The position numbers were made by a program, and so were the translations under genes. Source: Myxococcota bacterium (lineage in GTDB: Bacteria; Myxococcota_A; UBA796; GCA-2862545). Taken from it: a DNA stretch of 64,000 nucleotides. Within the stretch, counting starts at the first letter, position 1, and each line of letters starts with the position of its first letter. The DNA lies in contig JBCCQY010000041.1 in the NCBI GenBank assembly GCA_039208735.1, positions 1 to 64,000 of the forward strand, given 5' to 3'. Positions 58,365 through 64,000 of the stretch are shown here, piece after piece. The notes below the pieces were generated by a model. The model did not search any database. It saw nothing but the letters and a program-made list of their open reading frames with translations, and was not told the origin of the DNA.

Positions 58365-61300
58365 CGGGGTCCTCGATGCGGAAACGGAGCACGGTGCGGC
58401 CCACCATGATGGTCTCACCGCCGCCCAACACCGTTTCCTGGACGCGCTGGCCGTTGACCACAGTGCCGGTGGTGGAGCCCGCATCCCGGAGCACGAAGCC
58501 CCGCGCGGTGCGCTGCACGATGCAGTGCGTGGGGGACAGCCGGGTGTCGGTGGGAACGCTCATGCCGCACAGCTCTGACTGACCCACCGTGAGCTGATTG
58601 CCAATGGGCACCGAAACCCCGCGGTCCGGTCCCGACATGAACTCGAGCCACGCAGGGTCGGTTACCGCTTCGCCATCGGCATCACCGGGCGGCTGGCTCG
58701 GGATGGGCGGGGGCGAGGCAGGGGTGTGAAGGGGGGCTTCGTCGGTGATCGCGGAGTCGTCGATCGCCTGTCCCACCATCGCTTCAGGCTGGTCGTCGTC
58801 GGATGAGGCAGGCGCCGCCAGCGCTTCGGTGACCTCGTTCACGTCCTCCTCGCCAACCTCGGGGAGGTCGGGAAGATCGGTGCGCGGCGTGATCGGGGGT
58901 GCCTCAGTGGCGGTCGAATCGGCCACGTCATCGCCGGCGGCGGCTTCGTCCTCGAGGGCTTTGCGGAGCCAGGCGGGAGCGGTGGCCAAGAGATTCGCGG
59001 TATCCGGGTCGCGGCTGTTCACCTCTTCGAGCGAAGGCTCGGGTTCGTCACCCAACACCGGCGCGATCTCTTCGATGTCGAGGGGGCCGGCTGTCGCATC
59101 CTCGGTCGGTGCAGGATCGAACGGAGGAGGGGTCGGGTCGGGGTCGGGCACCACACCCTCGTGGAATCCCTTGAGGGGCCCCGGAGCGGACAGATCCTCC
59201 GAGGTGGTCTCGGGCAGATCCGACTCGGGTTTCGCCGCGACGGCAGGCTCGCTCGGAGGCGCTACGGTGCGGACCACTTCGTGATCTTCTTCGTCGACGG
59301 TCGGGGCTTGCTCGGGTGTTTCGTCGGGAAGCTTCGGCGCGGGGGCCTCGGCCGGCGTCACCGTGGAAGTCAGACCTGGAGGCGGAGGCGGCGGTGCGAT
59401 GCTCACCCGTTCGAGGGCCGGGGCTTCCGCGCCCAATGGAGCTTCGGCGCGGTCGGACGCTGGAGCGAGGGTCGGGTGCAACGAAGGGAGCAGATGCTCT
59501 TGGTCGACGAAGAGGACCTGAAGCGGGGTTGGGCCAATGGTGAGGGTTTCGCCGCCAAACAGGCGCACCCGATCGGTGGCCTGTCCGTTGACGAGCACGG
59601 TCGCGTCGTCCACCTTTTCGATGTAGATGCGGCCGCCTTGGCGCCACACCCGGGCATGGCGAGCCCGCACATCCGGATCTTCGGGCAAGGAAAAGTCGAC
59701 GTCATCGCCCTGACCGATGACCAACTGGTCGGGCTGCTGACGGAACACGCCCCACAAGGAGCCGTCGTTGACGAAGCCCACGATGGGCCCCCGTCGAGCG
59801 AGTTCGACCGCGGGATCGACCGACGACAGGCGCGATGGCGGGGCAGGCGGCGTCTGCGGATCGGTGAGGAGTTGGCTCCACGCGTCGTTCGTATCGAAAT
59901 CGGTCAGGCCAACCACGGGACTGCCAAACGTCGCGGGGAGGACCTTCCGATGGAGTGCGGGATCGAAGTCCGCGGCAGCGACTCGCACCGACCAACCGTA
60001 GCTTTCAATGGGGTCGAAGTCGGCCATCCCCGAGAACCAGAGGCCTTCGACCTTGTCGAGGGCCTGTCCAAAGCCTGGACCGACCGCCCGCAAGCGTTCG
60101 AAGAGGCGAGGAGTGATGAGTTCATGGCGGATGAGCATGTCGACGACGCCGCTCGCAAGCCGCATCGGCGTGGTACCGCCTTCGACAAACGCCTTGCCGA
60201 CGGCCGAACGTTGCATCCAGGCCTTCGCGCTGACGGGCGAGATGAGTCCGGCGAGGACGCGGGCCAGGGCTTCGTTGGCCGTGTAGCGCTTGGGCACCGC
60301 GGCCACCCACGGGGCACGCTCGGCACCCGGATGTCCGCTGCGCGCGGCGAGCGAGACCTTGGCGAGGCCCCACCACCCGGCGACCGAGAACGGATCGAGT
60401 TCAATGGCCCGGTTGTACCAACCCATGGCCGAGGTCAAACGGCCCTGCATCCATGAAATGTCGCCCATGCCCAGGCAGGCTTCCATCTTGTGCGGCGACA
60501 GCTCGACGGACTTGAAGATGGTGAGAATGCCTCGGAACGCTTCTTCAGCCCGACTGATCTGGCCCAATGCGAGGTAGAGGGGGCCCGCCAACTGGAGACT
60601 CGGGACGTGGTTCGGGTTGAGCCGCAGGGCTTCATCGACCCGTTCGGTCGCGTCTTCGGGCCGACCCGCCCGGAGGAGCAGTTGGGCGTAGGCCGTGCAG
60701 TCGGCGGCTCGCTCGCTGGCCTCGGGCTCCTCGGACGGCTTGCCCCGGTACGCTTCCCACAAGCCCTCATAGTAGACGATGGCCTGTTCTTCTTCGTGGG
60801 CGCGATGGTGTAGGCGCGCGAGGTGACGCAAGGCCACGACATGACGAGGCGCCCGCTCGAGCAGGGCATGATAGACGCGAAAGGCATCTTCCTCGAGATG
60901 GACGGCCGTGGCCACAATGCCCGCGCGCATCAGGGTGGGCGAGGCCTGCTGAAGGTCCTGGGTCGCCGCTTGGTCCAACATGAGCTGGATGACCCGCGGC
61001 CACTGGCCCATCTGGGCTCGGACTTGCTGCAGGGTGGTGGATAGATCGGGTTCGGACCAGCCCAACGCCTCGGCACGGTCGATGAACGCGAGTCCCTTTT
61101 CGGCCTCGTGAAGCTGTTCGACGTAGGCCCGCCCAATGGCGTACTGCAAGCGCGGTACGTCCTCGGATGGCACGTAGTTGAGCAGGTCTTCGGTGTGTTT
61201 GATGTAGGCCGGCCAATCCCCGCGGGCTTTCGCGAGGGACTGCAGGGCCTTCAGGGCGGTGAGCGCCTGGGCCGGCAGATGGTGGTCTTCGAGCACCAGG

Positions 61301-62649
61301 TCCCAGGCTTCCGCCGCTCGATCGGAGTCTTGCAGCTCGTACTGGCTGACCCGGGCCAGCTCGGTCAGAATGGCGACCCGCGATGGTCCGGTGCGTGAGC
61401 GAGCTTGGGCCCAAAGGTCTCGCGCGAGTTTGGCCCAATCGCTGGTGCGCTCGGCGACGGTTCGCAACGGTCCGAAGAGGGCATCGGCGTGACGGGTGGC
61501 CGATAGGGCATCGACCAAGTGCCGATGGGCGTTGTCGTAGTCCGCCTGGGCGGTGTAGACGTGGCCCAACGTAGTCTGGATTTCGACGCGGATGTCGTCG
61601 TGCTCCGCTAACGTGAGCAAGGTCTCGTAGTGCTCGGCCGCGACTTCGTAGCGTTCGAGTTCGCGGGCCCTCACGGCGAGCTGCTCGACCAAGGTGGCAT
61701 CGGCCAGCAAGTCGGCAATGAGCGCGGTTGGTGTCGGATAGCGGATCGAAAGGTCCCAGTCCGTGGCCTTGAGCAGCACGGCTTTGACCGCTTCGCTGAC
61801 GGGCAGGGACTGGATGAGCCGGCTTGGGTCCCGCAACACCCAGAACGGCAACTCGCCCTGATTGAAGGCCGCCATCGCGGTCATGCCAAGCGCATAAACG
61901 TCCGACGATGGAGCGGGCGCGTAGGTCTTTTCGGTGGTTTCGGGAGCCCGGAACAGGGACGTGGCTTCGGCCGCATCGGTGGGGGCTACCGAGAACCCCA
62001 CCAGGTGCGCACTGCCCTGGTCGGTGATCATGACGTTGTCGGGCTGAACCGCTCCATGGACGAGCTGCTTTTCGTGGGCGGTCGCCAAGGCACGGCCCGC
62101 CTCGAGGAGGACCTGTGTGACGGCGATGGCGTCGAGGTCCGAACGGGTTTCGAGGCTCCCCGTCTCGAAGAGCTGGGTGGCCAGGTAGACAAACCCATCG
62201 TCCGACTTGGCGGCCTGAAAGGTCCGTCCGATGCCGACGGTGTCGAGGGCCATGAGGGCGCGGCCACGCTCGATGAAGGCCTTGATGGCCTCTTCGTCAC
62301 TGACCCATTGCCCGTAGAACACCCGCACGAGCACGGGGTGTTGTTCTTTGCGATCCCACGCCTTCCACTTGCCGTCGACCCCGGCCGTGGGGAGCTTCTC
62401 GAGCAGGCGGTAGCGCCCGTCGCCCAAGAATTCTCCTGCTTGTAGGCGGGGTCCCGACCGCATTTGCCGGCGAACCCGTTCGATATCGCTGGCCGTGCTC
62501 GCCGTTGGAGCTTGGTCACGCTGATCGTAGAGCGTCGCCAGCTCTTCGCCGAGCTCGCGCAGCTGCGCGGTCGCGTAGAGAGGGGCCACCTCGGGGGGAG
62601 GGGTCCCTTGATTCGCGGAAGGCTGGGTAGACGCCGAATCCTCTTGCAT
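58354..62649 (-). CDS. Large multidomain protein: degenerate Ser/Thr kinase, TPR array, FHA, acidic Pro-rich linker, second FHA
   Basis: RYRLL..L, HG.VQPDNVMI, FRAPE and SDVYALG kinase-like motifs; TPR helices; FHA motifs IGQG...VRARHARV and VGQS...LSPTHC...DAGSTTGT.VNG. Confidence 0.82.
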   Translation of the reverse strand: MQEDSASTQPSANQGTPPPEVAPLYATAQLRELGEELATLYDQRDQAPTASTASDIERVRRQMRSGPRLQAGEFLGDGRYRLLEKLPTAGVDGKWKAWDRKEQHPVLVRVFYGQWVSDEEAIKAFIERGRALMALDTVGIGRTFQAAKSDDGFVYLATQLFETGSLETRSDLDAIAVTQVLLEAGRALATAHEKQLVHGAVQPDNVMITDQGSAHLVGFSVAPTDAAEATSLFRAPETTEKTYAPAPSSDVYALGMTAMAAFNQGELPFWVLRDPSRLIQSLPVSEAVKAVLLKATDWDLSIRYPTPTALIADLLADATLVEQLAVRARELERYEVAAEHYETLLTLAEHDDIRVEIQTTLGHVYTAQADYDNAHRHLVDALSATRHADALFGPLRTVAERTSDWAKLARDLWAQARSRTGPSRVAILTELARVSQYELQDSDRAAEAWDLVLEDHHLPAQALTALKALQSLAKARGDWPAYIKHTEDLLNYVPSEDVPRLQYAIGRAYVEQLHEAEKGLAFIDRAEALGWSEPDLSTTLQQVRAQMGQWPRVIQLMLDQAATQDLQQASPTLMRAGIVATAVHLEEDAFRVYHALLERAPRHVVALRHLARLHHRAHEEEQAIVYYEGLWEAYRGKPSEEPEASERAADCTAYAQLLLRAGRPEDATERVDEALRLNPNHVPSLQLAGPLYLALGQISRAEEAFRGILTIFKSVELSPHKMEACLGMGDISWMQGRLTSAMGWYNRAIELDPFSVAGWWGLAKVSLAARSGHPGAERAPWVAAVPKRYTANEALARVLAGLISPVSAKAWMQRSAVGKAFVEGGTTPMRLASGVVDMLIRHELITPRLFERLRAVGPGFGQALDKVEGLWFSGMADFDPIESYGWSVRVAAADFDPALHRKVLPATFGSPVVGLTDFDTNDAWSQLLTDPQTPPAPPSRLSSVDPAVELARRGPIVGFVNDGSLWGVFRQQPDQLVIGQGDDVDFSLPEDPDVRARHARVWRQGGRIYIEKVDDATVLVNGQATDRVRLFGGETLTIGPTPLQVLFVDQEHLLPSLHPTLAPASDRAEAPLGAEAPALERVSIAPPPPPPGLTSTVTPAEAPAPKLPDETPEQAPTVDEEDHEVVRTVAPPSEPAVAAKPESDLPETTSEDLSAPGPLKGFHEGVVPDPDPTPPPFDPAPTEDATAGPLDIEEIAPVLGDEPEPSLEEVNSRDPDTANLLATAPAWLRKALEDEAAAGDDVADSTATEAPPITPRTDLPDLPEVGEEDVNEVTEALAAPASSDDDQPEAMVGQAIDDSAITDEAPLHTPASPPPIPSQPPGDADGEAVTDPAWLEFMSGPDRGVSVPIGNQLTVGQSELCGMSVPTDTRLSPTHCIVQRTARGFVLRDAGSTTGTVVNGQRVQETVLGGGETIMVGRTVLRFRIEDPDGD

Positions 62650-62746
62650 GGCCGTCGCCTCTGGGGTGCGGGGGTGCGAGTCGGAGCCATGATATGAGAC
62701 TGTGTCGTGACGGGCCACGCGGCAACCGGACGTGGCAGGAGACCAC

Positions 62747-63553
62747 ATGCCGACGGACCCCTTCAGTCACACCCGCAACGCGCTTCATCACGCGGTCCAG
62801 GTCCCCAGTGGGTTGGCGGCCACCCATCTGCCCCGAGACGATCAAGACAAGTACGCCAACCTGGGGTGGGATCCCCAGCTGCGAGCCCTCGTGAGTCGAG
62901 GGGTAGGGCGGCAGAACGACGTGGCGGCCGGGCTTCGCTTTGCGGATGGCACATGGATCGTGGTTCGACGCGGGGTCGTGGTGGCCGAACGGGCCCTCGC
63001 GGGCTCCACGCTGATGCGCGCGCGCACCTGGCTTCAGGGCGTGGTTGCGGGTCTTGAGATCGACGATCGGGAACTGGTGCCGGCCCAGTACGAGCTGCCG
63101 AACCATCCCGCGGGCGAGGGTCATCCGCTGGCGGACCTCGACGAAGCCGTCCTCAAGCAGTTCGACGAGTGGTTCGCGCTTTCACACAACGTGCTTACCG
63201 GCTTGCGAAGCCAGGAACCTCGGGCATCTGAAGTGCGGTGTTGGCCCCATCACTTCGATTTGGCCACGCTCATCACCCTCGATGCCGACAAAAATCCGGA
63301 AGAGGCCCGCAGCATCGGCATCGGCATGACGCCAGGCGATGGCCACATCCATCAGCCCTACCTCTATGTGGCTCCCTGGCCCCGGCCGGCGAATCCCACG
63401 ATCGTCACCTTGTCGCGGGGGCGATGGCACGTCGACGGGTTCGTGGCCGCGGTGATGACGATCCCTCAACCTTCGGAACCCGAGATGAGCGCGTTCATCG
63501 GTGAAGCCGTTGCGCATAGCCATACTTTGCTCGCCTCCACCTCAGAGGCCTGA
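62747..63553 (+). CDS. Hypothetical protein (DUF5996-like)
   Basis: LHHAVQ, WPHHFDLA, IGIGMTPGD and PYLYV.PWP motifs; AGGAG RBS. Confidence 0.65.
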   Translation: MPTDPFSHTRNALHHAVQVPSGLAATHLPRDDQDKYANLGWDPQLRALVSRGVGRQNDVAAGLRFADGTWIVVRRGVVVAERALAGSTLMRARTWLQGVVAGLEIDDRELVPAQYELPNHPAGEGHPLADLDEAVLKQFDEWFALSHNVLTGLRSQEPRASEVRCWPHHFDLATLITLDADKNPEEARSIGIGMTPGDGHIHQPYLYVAPWPRPANPTIVTLSRGRWHVDGFVAAVMTIPQPSEPEMSAFIGEAVAHSHTLLASTSEA

Positions 63554-63692
63554 ACCGGATCTGAGGGTCAGCGGGATTTGACAAGCGGGGGTACCCGCTT
63601 TGGTCCTCTGACGATGTCGAATCTGTCGGGGCAGAAGACCGTCGCCGGGCCCCGGCTACGTTATCGCCGCACTTCCAGGTGGAGGAGCAGCG

Positions 63693-64000
63693 ATGCGGCG
63701 CGGCGGGATTCATCCAGGGCCTTGGTGGGGGCTCCTGCTCTCGGGATGCATTTTCAGTATCGGTAACGATGAGCCGGTAGTGGTGGACGAACCTGATCAA
63801 GAAGAGGTTGAGGAACGCGCCCCTCGCGAGGATGCGTCGGACGATTCGCCAACCTCGACCGATCCCACGGGTGAGGTTGCGGCTCACAACGCCGTCCGAG
63901 CCAGTGCCCAGCCCCCACCCGTTCCGGCACTGGGACCCTTGACCTGGGACCCCGAATTGGCCGAAGTGGCTCGCAATTGGGCCGAGGGCTGCCGTTTCGT
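63693..64000 (+). CDS. CAP/SCP (PR-1-like) domain lipoprotein, 3' truncated; absent from the ORF track
   Basis: Manual translation from ATG 63693 (GGAGG RBS): MRRGG...LLLSGC...AAHNAVRA...PLTWDPELAEVARNWAEGCRF. Confidence 0.85.
   Translation, partial: MRRGGIHPGPWWGLLLSGCIFSIGNDEPVVVDEPDQEEVEERAPREDASDDSPTSTDPTGEVAAHNAVRASAQPPPVPALGPLTWDPELAEVARNWAEGCRF

Overview
A gene-dense, GC-rich bacterial chromosome segment with about 51 CDS. Its gene content suggests Myxococcota (inference): Cys/Asp-rich MopE-like repeats, a zinc-ribbon/AgmX-like protein, Ser/Thr kinases with FHA and TPR domains, and many lipoproteins. I see no rRNA, tRNA, CRISPR array, transposase or phage genes. Recognisable genes include a cyclophilin, HtrA, kptA, a lysC-lysA fusion, gpsA, tatA, hutI, glgC, pfkA, alpha-2-macroglobulin with pbpC, queE and pcm. 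The standout is a translationally coupled pair of S-adenosylmethionine decarboxylase (class 1 SpeD/SpeH) paralogs at 8362-9032 with exactly complementary loss of active-site motifs. One keeps the pyruvoyl-forming E-S-H and the catalytic Cys; the other keeps FxPxGxS and HTWPE. This suggests an obligate heterodimer with one active site, mirroring the two halves of eukaryotic AdoMetDC. Other items worth checking: an ArsC-PLP lyase fusion, a voltage-sensor/RCK channel with a non-canonical filter, a pseudokinase-TPR-2xFHA giant, three arylsulfotransferase-like paralogs with divergent catalytic His, and a structured leader upstream of tatA. All functional calls come from motif recognition by eye, and no database searches were run.
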